Counted from the first letter of the stretch, positions 23,281 through 32,626 are shown. The stretch: 59,332 bases of DNA from a virus (IMGVR_UViG_3300031974_005002:1-59332); one strand, 5' to 3'. The notes: a model not told the origin generated them from the letters alone. Made by a program: numbers and translations.

Positions 23281-23901
23281 ATGAAGTTTAGCATAAAAGG
23301 GAAGCAAGTCAACAAAAAAGAAAAAAAATATTTAGAATCGTTAGGGATGAAATGGTGTGGGAAATGCCAACAGGCATTGCTAGTGGAAAATTTTTCAAAA
23401 GATCAATATAAATGTAAATCATGTTCTAAAAAAGCTCAAGGCAAATGGCAAGCAAAAAATAAAAATTATTTTCAAGATTATAGAGAAGAAAACAAAGAAA
23501 AAAGAGCGGAATACAATGCAAAATGGTATCAAGAAAACAAAAGCCGTCAATTAAAATCCAAAAAGAAGTGGAGAGCAAAACAAAGAAAAGACAATCCCGA
23601 ATTTAATATTCAAAATGCTTTAAGGTGCAGAATGCATGGTACAATTATTAAAGGTTATAAATCAGCATCGACTCTTGAGCTTCTTGGATGCTCATTTGAG
23701 GATTGCATAAAGCATCTTGAAGCACAATGGCAAAAAGGCATGACTTGGGATAACTATGGAATAGATGGTTGGCATATTGACCATATAAAGCCATGCGCTT
23801 CATTTGATTTGACAGACCCAAAGCAACAAGCCGAATGCTTTCATTATACAAATCTGCAACCTCTTTGGGCGATAGACAACATAAAAAAAGGTGATTCATA
23901 A
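23281..23901 (+). CDS. Free-standing HNH endonuclease with N-terminal zinc ribbon
   Basis: CGKC...CKSC; WHIDHIKPCASF...CFHYTNLQPLWAIDNIKKG. Confidence 0.88.
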   Translation: MKFSIKGKQVNKKEKKYLESLGMKWCGKCQQALLVENFSKDQYKCKSCSKKAQGKWQAKNKNYFQDYREENKEKRAEYNAKWYQENKSRQLKSKKKWRAKQRKDNPEFNIQNALRCRMHGTIIKGYKSASTLELLGCSFEDCIKHLEAQWQKGMTWDNYGIDGWHIDHIKPCASFDLTDPKQQAECFHYTNLQPLWAIDNIKKGDS

Positions 23902-24186
23902 TTCAGTAAGATTGAACTCGATTTTTGGAGTCGATTCTTTTTTATTTATGTTTGATTTATAAGAGCCATCTTTATAGCAAGATTTACATTGCGACCTTTT
24001 GCCAAAGAGTCTTCGCTTATCGGTATTGAATTCTTTTAATGGTAAATTAGTTTTGCACTTAGTGCATTCTTTCTTCACATCAATAGTAGACTTGACCGAG
24101 TCTAACCAATCTTGGCTAACTAGCACGACTGCTTTCTTGCCAACATAACAACCTAATTCATCGTAAGTAATTTCAGCGTATTCCAT
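23896..24186 (-). CDS. Hypothetical protein with CxxC...CxxC zinc ribbon
   Basis: KECTKCK...SQCKSCYK. Confidence 0.65.
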   Translation of the reverse strand: MEYAEITYDELGCYVGKKAVVLVSQDWLDSVKSTIDVKKECTKCKTNLPLKEFNTDKRRLFGKRSQCKSCYKDGSYKSNINKKESTPKIEFNLTEL

Positions 24187-24855
24187 ATAAGAAACACATT
24201 AAACAAGAAAACCCAATCTGTCAATCAAATAATTTTTTAATTTCTAATTTGTATTTATTCATTTCTTCCATCAAAGTAGCGGTTACATCAATAAGCTCAT
24301 TTAAAAAATCAACATCAGTAATTGATAATTCCAATTCATCTCCATTTGATTTATAAATTTTTATTAAATCTTTAATTGAGTTGATTTGTTTTTTATAATG
24401 GACAATTAAATCATCACAACAACGAGTTATAGCTCTGACCATTTTTTCTTTTTCGGATTCGGTAGGCGCAATCCTTTTTTGTTTAAAAATTTTTATTTTT
24501 TTTAAATTAGAAAGATGTAGTTGCTCTAAATCGTATATTTTAGACGAATGAAACTCGTAAGTTTGCCAAGCTAACTCTAAATCATCCATATTATAGAAAT
24601 TTATGTAAAATACTTAATTGGTTAAGACCCATGTATTTAGCAAAGTATGCGCAGAATTCAGCTACTTTTTGATTGCTCCATGATTCTTCTTTTATTATTC
24701 TTCCAACTGCATTATATTCTCCGTGACCCCATAGGTCTGTAAGCTCAATGTATTCTGTAGTATATTTATTCATGATTTATTTTAATAATTAATAAGAAAC
24801 TATAATCATGCATAGATTTTAAATAATGTCAAGGCTTTTTTGTGTATTTTCATAT

Positions 24856-25029
24856 ATGGAAAGCGACATTATTGATTATTTAACACTTCAGAACTTGGTT
24901 TCTGAAGATTTTGATGCGCCAATGAATCAAAGGATTAGGTGCGCATTTATCATAGCAAAGAAGCAATACGAGAACTTAACCGAGGAACAAAGAAAAGAAA
25001 TAATTAAAAAGATAAAAGAAAAAGAGTAA
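24856..25029 (+). CDS. Small hypothetical protein
   Basis: GTGTA motif 9 nt before ATG at 24856. Confidence 0.55.
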   Translation: MESDIIDYLTLQNLVSEDFDAPMNQRIRCAFIIAKKQYENLTEEQRKEIIKKIKEKE

Positions 25030-25199
25030 TTATCTACTTAGCATTGCGGTAACGATAGACATTGCGCCTTCTTTATTTTTGGTCATTATTATTTCACCAT
25101 TAACCAATAATATTTTCCACATTGGCTTTCGTTTTTTAACATAAATTACATTCTTTGGATTAATGTAATATACTTCATTATTTGCATCTTCTATTTGTA

Positions 25200-25745
25200 T
25201 CATAATTGATATTCTTTAATTGATTGATTTTTTAGATATTTTTTTACCTTTTGAAGCCCTCTTGATTTATTTGCAGAAAATAGGCTTCTATTTATTTTTA
25301 ATTTATCCATTATTTCTTGGCATTCAAAACCTTCAAAAGTAAGATTAATAATTTTGCGCTCTTTTTTATTTAAAATATGTTTAGTTTTTTCAAAAACACT
25401 AGGCTTTTCCTTGTTCATTAGTTTAATGCTTGGTGTTTGGCTGGAATGATCACCAATAGAATGAAAAAATTCACAATCAACAAAATCAATCTTGCTTCTT
25501 TTTTGATTTGTTAAATATGCTTTTATCTGAAAATGGCATATACTGATACCCCAATTTAGGAAACTTTTGCTTGCATCAAAAGTAGATTTTTTATTTAATA
25601 AAATTAATAAAGTATTTTGGACTACATCTTCAGCATCTTGCTTATTAAAGATGCGCTTTTTTGCATAACTTAAAAGAGCGGGTCTGAGTAATCCGAGTTT
25701 TTTACAATAACACTTTTCTGAATTGATTTTTTCTTTTGTTTGCAT
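25200..25745 (-). CDS. ECF-type RNA polymerase sigma factor
   Basis: Region 2: LLSYAKKRIFNKQDAEDVVQNTL...FD..KSFLNW; region 4 HTH: LNKKERKII...EIM..L...SRGLQKVK. Confidence 0.82.
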   Translation of the reverse strand: MQTKEKINSEKCYCKKLGLLRPALLSYAKKRIFNKQDAEDVVQNTLLILLNKKSTFDASKSFLNWGISICHFQIKAYLTNQKRSKIDFVDCEFFHSIGDHSSQTPSIKLMNKEKPSVFEKTKHILNKKERKIINLTFEGFECQEIMDKLKINRSLFSANKSRGLQKVKKYLKNQSIKEYQL

Positions 25746-27890
25746 TTTACCCCTTTCTTTTTATTTGAAGATTTGAGATTTCTTTTTAAAAAACGACTTG
25801 GGGTAATTTTTAATTTATTTGTGCCGAAATAATCGTCGAGCGCAAGTTGCATAGTTTCCATTGCATATCTTTCGTGAGTCATGGAATTTAATCCACCTTT
25901 ATTTGACTCATGCACTTTCATAAGTATATCCTTAGCATCTTTTTGATTAGTAAAATTACCTTTAGATAAAATGTCTGACCAAAGCAAATAACTTTTGCGC
26001 TTTCTGTATCTTTTCTTGCAATCCTCTTTTATTTTATTTAAAGTTGTTTCGTTTGTGTTGAAGTCTAATTCAATTTCGACTTTTTTAAAAACATCTTCGT
26101 CAATGATATATTTGCCATCAACTTCTTTGGCGCTTAAATAAATTAAATGTAAAACATTAAGAAACCTATTATTTGTTTGCTCAACGCTCATAAATCCATT
26201 CTCGTCTTTTTGCATTCTCATGTTATTTTGTCTATCGTTATATCTAAACTATTATTTGGGTTTTTATCAATCGTAAATTGGCAGGAATTTTTATTTTGTA
26301 AAAATAATATATTATATGAAATTTCTAGTAACTCACTTAAATCTGATTCATGAAAAAAATCGCCGTCATAATAATCATATTCAGTATAAAGTTTATTTAA
26401 AATTTCTTGCAGCTTTTTATATTTTTTTTCGCGAGAGTCGTTATCGTTATTTGCAAAATTTATCATGGTAATACTAACCGATCCTCATCATTTTCTAGTT
26501 CTAAATTGTCCCAATATTTATGATCATATTTACTATACATGATATCTTCAAAAAGAATTAATCTAGAAAAAGAACCTGCAAGATCATGATCTTCGATTTC
26601 ATAGCCAATCGCCATGCCATCAGGCACTCTTCCTGATCCGTTTTTATACTCAAAACATTCGTCGTAATCATGTTCGGAGTAGATTATTTGGCTCGATTTG
26701 ATTTCCATTTTAGTATATTAACATGATATGTTATACTTGTCAATCGATTTCTAAATTTTTAACAACTTTTTTTATCATGTCCTTGCTTAAGCCTTCGGAT
26801 TCTAACTGAGAGATTGCGGCGTGATAGCCATCTGCATAGCTATTTATTTCTTCTTCATGCATGACTGTGATAAGAGCGTGAGTCTTTCCGTCCTCAAATC
26901 CTTTTTTGTATTCAGAACTAGCCAAAGTATTATAACTTGACAACATTTCTGATATTTGATCAGATTGAATTTGATAAGACAACTGACTAGTTTTATTTAA
27001 GCTTTCTAAATTATCAATATAATATTGTTTTCTATTGATGTATGTTAGCGCTAAAATAATTATTGATATCCAAATGAAACGTTCTTTATTATTCATGATT
27101 TGTTAGTGTATATATTTATTGTGAAAAGGGTCGAGATAAAAGAAAAAATTACTCACGATTTTATATTAGATTTGTACGACCAAGCAAAAAAACTAAAGAG
27201 TAAAGAAAAAAAAGCTAAATTAATGAAACAAATAAAATTTTTGAGTGAGCATATAGGTGAATATATAGTCAAGTCTGTCCGTCAGAAATAACACTTTCAT
27301 CTTCCCAAGAATCTGAATAAGGGTTATATTTTTCAACAGAAAGGGTTTGCATTTTTAAATCATGTTTCTTAGCCATTGAGTTGTGAAAATCAAGCGCTTG
27401 CTCTGCATTTTCAGCATTATAATAATGGTAGCTATCTTGAGCCGCATGACCTGCTCCAGCATTGTATTTTATTCTGAACTCAAATAATTTAGGTTGATTA
27501 CTCTTCTTCATAATTAGGTCTCCAATATATGTTTTTAAACAAAATAAGCTTTACCTCTTTAGGGACAATCCAATCATTGATTAGAGCTTCATACTCTTGA
27601 CTTGCATTATAACTGAATTTATTTGCGTCGCGACTATTATCATCTTCATCTATTTCATATTTGAGGAAATCAAAATCATAAACAGGAAGATCTATTCCGA
27701 CAGGCTCTCCGCAAGGAACTGATTCATCGGTATCTTTGTAGAAAAATTCTTGCTCATCTGAAGCGCATACAACATCACCAGAGGACATTAATTCAGAAGA
27801 TATCTCCTCAAAAGTTTCAAACTTCTTTTCTTGACTCATATTATTATTTTTTTTAGAATTATTATGGTTAAAAAATGGCGGTTTATTCAT
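25670..27890 (-). other. Hypothetical ORFs (25670-26221, 26218-26466, 26463-26708, 26740-27096, 27269-27511, 27498-27890) plus one plus-strand ORF (27121-27291)
   Basis: ORF track; overlapping start/stop coupling. Confidence 0.6.
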
Positions 27891-27892
27891 GA

Positions 27893-28903
27893 TTATTTAT
27901 GATTTAAAATTTTTCGACAAATTTGAAAGATTTTCCTAATAGAATTACTATATTCGATTCTATGCTTTACAAAAAAGTCATCTTGATCTTGAGAAAATAC
28001 TCCACGAGTACCTTTAGGGAATTCTTTAAGACCATTAAGCTTTATTTGATTTTTAAGATAATTTTTTAAACCATGATGGTATAAATTACTTCTGCAAACA
28101 CCGCCCCTTCTGTGAAAGGGAGTCATGCAAATTACATATCTTTTAATAAACTTCCAACCGGGAAGCGCGCCTGTCGATTGACGAATCCTTAACTTTCCAT
28201 TATAATCTATTAAAGTAGCTACAATGCTATATAGCTGACTCGTTTTAATTTTATTCAAATTAATTTTTCGTGTTTTCTTGTATCGGCTCTCGTCACCTAA
28301 ACCAAATGCGATCTGTTGTTGAGGGGAAAGTTGTCTAGATATTTCTTCAATATTCTCAACAATGAATTTTTTACAACCATCATCTTCAAAGCAGTAAGCT
28401 TTTGGTTCACTAGCTCTTGCATAATTTAAATGAGCGTTAAGATCTTGTTTGAAAAGATAACCTTCTTCACGGACAGGATCTTCAGCAAAAGTTTTCTTTG
28501 GGCGGCTCAATGATATTTCCATTTTGTCAATCAATAATTGATATATAGCTTTTGGGTCATTGTCATCAGACTTTGGAAACTCCTCTTCAGATAGATTATG
28601 TTTAGTGCGATAATGTTGTAATGCACGAAAAGTACTGTCTTGAGGAAAAAATCTTAAAATAATGCCTTTATTTTCACAATCGTCATAAAACTGAAGAAGT
28701 TGTTCTGCGTTAAATGGTTGAGACTTTGATAGGGCTTTTCGAGCAGTACCTAAATGAGCCTCTTCGCAAATAACTTTAGCACCTTTAGGCAAATCAGTAA
28801 TCTTACCCAACAATTCATCATGAGAATATGTATGCATTTTACCATTGTAAAAAAGAGTAGAGGTATTTTTACCACAATCAACTATAGCGAGTTTATTATT
28901 CAT
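27893..28903 (-). CDS. IS110/TasR-like RuvC (DEDD) protein with putative Nop-like RNA-binding C-terminus; candidate RNA-guided nuclease
   Basis: LAIVDCGK (D15), VICEEAH (E53), KSDDND (D119/D122), numbered on the 342-aa track ORF, match the IS110 D-E-KxDxxD pattern. The C-terminal RYVICMTP..RRGG..RSNLY resembles IS110 Y.GL.P...G...R..LY without the SG loop. Start revised to MNNK, just after the promoter. Confidence 0.72.
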   Translation of the reverse strand: MNNKLAIVDCGKNTSTLFYNGKMHTYSHDELLGKITDLPKGAKVICEEAHLGTARKALSKSQPFNAEQLLQFYDDCENKGIILRFFPQDSTFRALQHYRTKHNLSEEEFPKSDDNDPKAIYQLLIDKMEISLSRPKKTFAEDPVREEGYLFKQDLNAHLNYARASEPKAYCFEDDGCKKFIVENIEEISRQLSPQQQIAFGLGDESRYKKTRKINLNKIKTSQLYSIVATLIDYNGKLRIRQSTGALPGWKFIKRYVICMTPFHRRGGVCRSNLYHHGLKNYLKNQIKLNGLKEFPKGTRGVFSQDQDDFFVKHRIEYSNSIRKIFQICRKILNHK

Positions 28904-28911
28904 AATTTTAG

Positions 28912-28940
28912 ATGTTATCATATAATATATTATTTGTCAA
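28912..28940 (-). promoter_or_regulatory. Promoter of the RuvC/TasR-like gene
   Basis: TTGACA (28940-28935), 17 nt ending in TGA, TAACAT (28917-28912); ATG 8 nt downstream. Confidence 0.75.
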
Positions 28941-28946
28941 GAAAAA

Positions 28947-29133
28947 ATAGTGGATGACTTGTAGAAATCATATTTAAATGATTGAGGAAGAGAATCCACT
29001 ATATTAAAGAGAGCAATGAATGACATCCAGAAATCATATTTAAATGATTGAGCCATAGAATCCATTGCTTGAAAGATAATCATGGATGACTTGAGGAAAC
29101 CATATTTAAATGATTGAGATGTAGAATCCATGA
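28947..29133 (-). ncRNA. Dual-variable-loop hairpin array 2 (3 units, 66-nt period; TIGR-like guide RNA candidate)
   Basis: Units 28947-29002, 29012-29069 and 29080-29133. Invariant tatttaaa loop at 28971, 29037 and 29103, covarying outer stems, two variable 6-mers per unit. Confidence 0.85.
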
Positions 29134-29147
29134 CATAAAAGTTTTAT

Positions 29148-29408
29148 TTAAAGAAAAGTTACTTGGTCGGGATGATCAATATCCTCAGACTGTAATATAT
29201 CTTCTGTAGTTTTGTTAAAGTTTTTATCTGTTTTTTTTAATTGGCGAAGCCAATTTCTTTGCGCCATGCGAACAACAAAGCGCATAAAAGCAAATGCGTA
29301 AACTTTATTTAATTCAATACGTTCACCTTCTTTTGAACCAATATAGAAGCATTTTTTTTCTTCATCGTATTCAAAAGTTGCATTTTTTAATTCTTTTTTA
29401 ATTATCAT
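29148..29408 (-). CDS. Hypothetical protein, likely co-transcribed with array 2
   Basis: Start revised to MIIKK, 7 nt after a TTGACT-N17-TATATT promoter; the array begins 14 nt after its stop. Confidence 0.7.
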   Translation of the reverse strand: MIIKKELKNATFEYDEEKKCFYIGSKEGERIELNKVYAFAFMRFVVRMAQRNWLRQLKKTDKNFNKTTEDILQSEDIDHPDQVTFL

Positions 29409-29447
29409 TTCTGCAAATATAGCAGAAAATAAAACAAAAGTCAAGAA

Positions 29448-30227
29448 CTATTTAAAACTTTTTGAAGAAACTATAAAAAAGGGATTGAGAAGATTCTCTT
29501 TATTGTAGGACAATCGCTCTTTTGTATCTGAAATTAATACTGTAGCCCCGCTTTCTTCGGCGATTATTTGTGGAGCGCAGGTATCCCATTCCATTGTAAG
29601 ACCAAATCGGGGATATAAATGAGCTTTACCTTCCGCAACGAGGCAGAATTTTAAGGAGCTTCCAATATTTAAAGTCTCCACTTCATGGTCTTTTTTTAGA
29701 TTTTCAATGAAATCTTCTGTTTCTTTATTTAAGTGGGATTTGCTTGCAACAACTTTGATCGACTCGCCTTGAGGATTATATGTATAAATTGAATAAATTG
29801 GTTCACCATTTTTAAATGCGCCTCGGTCTTGTATAGCGTAATATTGATCTTTCTTTTTGGGGCAAGCGACGTATCCAAATACAGGCTCATTATGCTTACA
29901 TAAAGCGATATTAATACAAAAGTCATCTCCACCCTTTACGAACTCTTTTGTGCCGTCTATAGGGTCTATAAGCCAATAATACTCCCATCCTGCGCGCTCT
30001 TCGTACTTAATCTCTTTATTTTCTTCAGATATTATATTTGCAACGCTTGTGTTTGCTGATAAAAACTCGAAGATTCTTTTATTTGAATGAAGATCAGCTT
30101 CTGTTAATGGGCTTTTGTCGTCTTTTTGTAGAGTTTCAAAACCGCGCTTTTGTATTTCACAAACTTCTTGCGAAAGCTCGGCGCCAAAAATTAATAGTTT
30201 ATCAATAAATTCTTTAGTTATTTGCAT
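29448..30227 (-). CDS. cysQ: 3'(2'),5'-bisphosphate nucleotidase
   Basis: KDDKSPLTEAD, IISEE, WLIDPIDGTKEF, GSSLKFC, TMEWDT motifs. Confidence 0.93.
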   Translation of the reverse strand: MQITKEFIDKLLIFGAELSQEVCEIQKRGFETLQKDDKSPLTEADLHSNKRIFEFLSANTSVANIISEENKEIKYEERAGWEYYWLIDPIDGTKEFVKGGDDFCINIALCKHNEPVFGYVACPKKKDQYYAIQDRGAFKNGEPIYSIYTYNPQGESIKVVASKSHLNKETEDFIENLKKDHEVETLNIGSSLKFCLVAEGKAHLYPRFGLTMEWDTCAPQIIAEESGATVLISDTKERLSYNKENLLNPFFIVSSKSFK

Positions 30228-30660
30228 TTTCTTTTTCTGCGATCCTTTTTCGTAAACCACTGCTTGAGAAATCGTGGCTTCGACTATTATAGTATATTTC
30301 TATATCATTATCAATACAAAGTTGCTTTGCTGAAAAATCAACGTCTTTATAATCGGCGCCGATTATTCTAATATTAATTGGGTACGTTAATAAAATATCT
30401 GCCAAATCTTTTTCGAGATTGTATGGAACAATTTCATCGACATATTTAACCGCTGACAATTGAATATATCTCTCCACAATACTCTGAACGGGCGCATTCT
30501 TCTGTGGGCGCTCAACCTGTGGGTCAACATGCAATCCACAAATTAAATAATCGCATTGTTCTTTTGCTTCACGAAGCATGGCAATATGACCAGCATGAAG
30601 AAGGTCAAAAGTTGAAAATGTTATTCCTGTTTTTATTTTATTTATATTTTGATAATGCAT
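30214..30660 (-). CDS. Glycerol-3-phosphate cytidylyltransferase-like (TagD family)
   Basis: FSTFDLLHAGH, DYLICGL, R.HDFSSS motifs. Confidence 0.88.
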   Translation of the reverse strand: MHYQNINKIKTGITFSTFDLLHAGHIAMLREAKEQCDYLICGLHVDPQVERPQKNAPVQSIVERYIQLSAVKYVDEIVPYNLEKDLADILLTYPINIRIIGADYKDVDFSAKQLCIDNDIEIYYNSRSHDFSSSGLRKRIAEKENANN

Positions 30661-31486
30661 CTTCTATGGCTTCTTGAGCTGTTCTAATGTTGATATACTC
30701 CTCTATCTTAGCTGTATCCAGCACACAATTTGATCTTGGGGCGACTGTCTTTTTACTAAAAGATTCTAAATCATCAAAAAACTTAAAATTTTTATCTGAT
30801 AAATTATATTTTTTAATTAACTCCACCACATCTTTTGTAGTGATACTTCCTTTATTTGTAATATTATAAATTCCATGTGGTACTTTTTGCTCAATAAGAT
30901 TCATTGTATATTTAGCAAAGTCGGCGCGATGAGATAAAGAATTTTTTGCATCCAACAAAGTATCGTAAGATAATAATTTAGTTAAGTAATTTCTTGAAGA
31001 TGCATATTCGTCAAATGGAATTCGCAATCTAAAAATATAACTATTTGGATTATTTTGCAATACAACTTTTTCTGCAAGAGCTTTCGTCCCGCTATAAAAA
31101 CTACCATTTTGAAAATCAAAATTGGGAGCATCTTTTTCAGTGAAATGTTTTTCGTATCCACCATAAATACAGCCCGAAGATATTTGAGTGAATTGATATT
31201 TCTTTTCATAACATAGTTGAGCGAGCATTGCAGGGAGCAAGACATTACCTTCTATGCAATCAGCTTTTGCTAATTCACAAGCGTCAACATTTGGTTTGCC
31301 GATATATCCCGCGCAATTAATTATATGCAAATCTTTGCCCAAAATATAAAGATTATATTTGAGTTCTTCTAAATTTGTATAATCGACATCACTTCTACTC
31401 CAAGCGATATAAGGTAAATTACGTAACTTTAATTCTTTTATGATAGCTTCTGCTATGTATCCATTTTTACCTAATATTAAGTACAT
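30638..31486 (-). CDS. RmlD-like NDP-4-keto-6-deoxysugar epimerase/reductase
   Basis: LILGKNGYI, NCAGYIGKPNVDACE, SSGCIY, SFYSGTK (YxxxK), LRIPF motifs. Confidence 0.85.
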   Translation of the reverse strand: MYLILGKNGYIAEAIIKELKLRNLPYIAWSRSDVDYTNLEELKYNLYILGKDLHIINCAGYIGKPNVDACELAKADCIEGNVLLPAMLAQLCYEKKYQFTQISSGCIYGGYEKHFTEKDAPNFDFQNGSFYSGTKALAEKVVLQNNPNSYIFRLRIPFDEYASSRNYLTKLLSYDTLLDAKNSLSHRADFAKYTMNLIEQKVPHGIYNITNKGSITTKDVVELIKKYNLSDKNFKFFDDLESFSKKTVAPRSNCVLDTAKIEEYINIRTAQEAIEDALSKYK

Positions 31487-31983
31487 GATTCTATAAATTT
31501 ATATATATCTGGAGAGCATATGAGATGAATATTTTCTTTGATTTTTTTTTCTGGCCATTCCCACCATTTAATTTCTAATAGTTTTTCGATGATTTCCTTG
31601 CTGAATCGGTATTTTATTAATTGAGCAGGGTTTCCGCCAACCATCGAATAAGGTTCTACATTTTTTACAACATGACTATTGCTTGCAATAACTGCTCCAT
31701 CCCCAATAGTAACTCCAGACATTATAGTAGCATTTTGACCTATCCAAACATCGTTACCTATTATAACATCACCTTTATCATCTAACAACTGCTTGTGACT
31801 ATCATGAGGAAATTCTTCTTTGTATATAAAGCCAAACGGATAAGTTGTTACATAATTTGCCCTGTGGCTTCCTTTCCCTGTGTATATTTTTACACCATCA
31901 GCTATCGAGCAAAAAGCTCCTATTTTATAGGAACCTCCACGTAATGGAATATGTTTGGGTTGACCGTATGAATATTTATTCAT
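31477..31983 (-). CDS. CatB/Vat-related hexapeptide-repeat O-acetyltransferase
   Basis: IGAFCSIA, TTYPF, IIGNDVWIG, GVTIGDGAVI, GGNPA, KWWEW motifs. Confidence 0.88.
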   Translation of the reverse strand: MNKYSYGQPKHIPLRGGSYKIGAFCSIADGVKIYTGKGSHRANYVTTYPFGFIYKEEFPHDSHKQLLDDKGDVIIGNDVWIGQNATIMSGVTIGDGAVIASNSHVVKNVEPYSMVGGNPAQLIKYRFSKEIIEKLLEIKWWEWPEKKIKENIHLICSPDIYKFIESCT

Positions 31984-32009
31984 ATTTTTATATCTAAGGT
32001 TATATTTTA

Positions 32010-32615
32010 TTACCCAAATTCATACCCGAAATACTCAATATCTTTTGCATACTTTTCTGCAACGATTTGTCTTGTTTCTTCATCATAATATTCGACGTAG
32101 CGCTTGTGGTTGGTTTTATTGTTGTGTGGAAGTTTTTGTCGGGGTATTCCAATTTTGTCACAAATCGTATCAAAGTCTTGTTGGAGATTTTCAAATCTAC
32201 CTATATAATTTACCATTTGTTCTCTATTTGAATTCAAAATAAAATCAGATTGAGGCAATATATGATCGCCTCTACCAGTTTTATGTAAATGAGGGTAACT
32301 GAGCCTTGGAGTATTAAACTTGTTTTCTAATAACAAATAATTTTTAAAGCTATCTTCAATTTTTAGGTTTTTTTTGATCCAAAAGTAATCTGAAATTGCT
32401 CTGCCCCAAGGATTTCTAACGAATGCGAAACTGAAATAATCTTCGTAATTTTGGCAATACAGGCGCTTAATCTGATTGGCTGTTGCGTGTTGTACCCATA
32501 TTTTATTATGCTTATCCCATTTTGCATAAGCCGCTCCACTTAAAGTATTTTCAATGGAAGTTCCTGCGCATTTTGGTATATGTATAAATATATATTTATG
32601 GGTATGATTAATCAT
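32010..32615 (-). CDS. Sulfotransferase family 2 protein (paralog 1)
   Basis: FIHIPKCAGTS (5'-PSB), FVRNPWGRAISDY (3'-PB), IGRFENL. Confidence 0.9.
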   Translation of the reverse strand: MINHTHKYIFIHIPKCAGTSIENTLSGAAYAKWDKHNKIWVQHATANQIKRLYCQNYEDYFSFAFVRNPWGRAISDYFWIKKNLKIEDSFKNYLLLENKFNTPRLSYPHLHKTGRGDHILPQSDFILNSNREQMVNYIGRFENLQQDFDTICDKIGIPRQKLPHNNKTNHKRYVEYYDEETRQIVAEKYAKDIEYFGYEFG

Positions 32616-32626
32616 TTCAAAATCAT

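Noticed and set aside
27893-28903. Ordinary IS110 insertion sequence
   Set aside because: No SG catalytic loop is visible, the gene uses a native phage promoter, and the RNA is a multi-unit array with a distant second copy rather than a single bridge RNA.
28937-29131. 64-aa ORF with three 22-aa repeats (DS..QSFKY.F..S)
   Set aside because: Better explained as a by-product of the 66-nt RNA repeat. Stems covary at nucleotide level, mismatches are G-U, and the sister array at 139-277 has a 74-nt period that cannot keep a frame. Translation is not formally excluded.
28947-29133. CRISPR array interpretation
   Set aside because: The variable parts are two 6-mers inside a hairpin, not 25-45 nt spacers between identical repeats, and no cas operon is recognisable.
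29769-29787. Partial same-strand match to the 29080-29133 unit segments (CTTGAGGA-tta-TATGTATA)
   Set aside because: The second half matches only 6 of 8 and the gap differs from the unit 139-200 match; plausible by chance in AT-rich DNA.
31477-31983. Antibiotic-resistance gene (CatB/Vat)
   Set aside because: Its position inside a glycan-modification cluster favours a sugar O-acetyltransferase.
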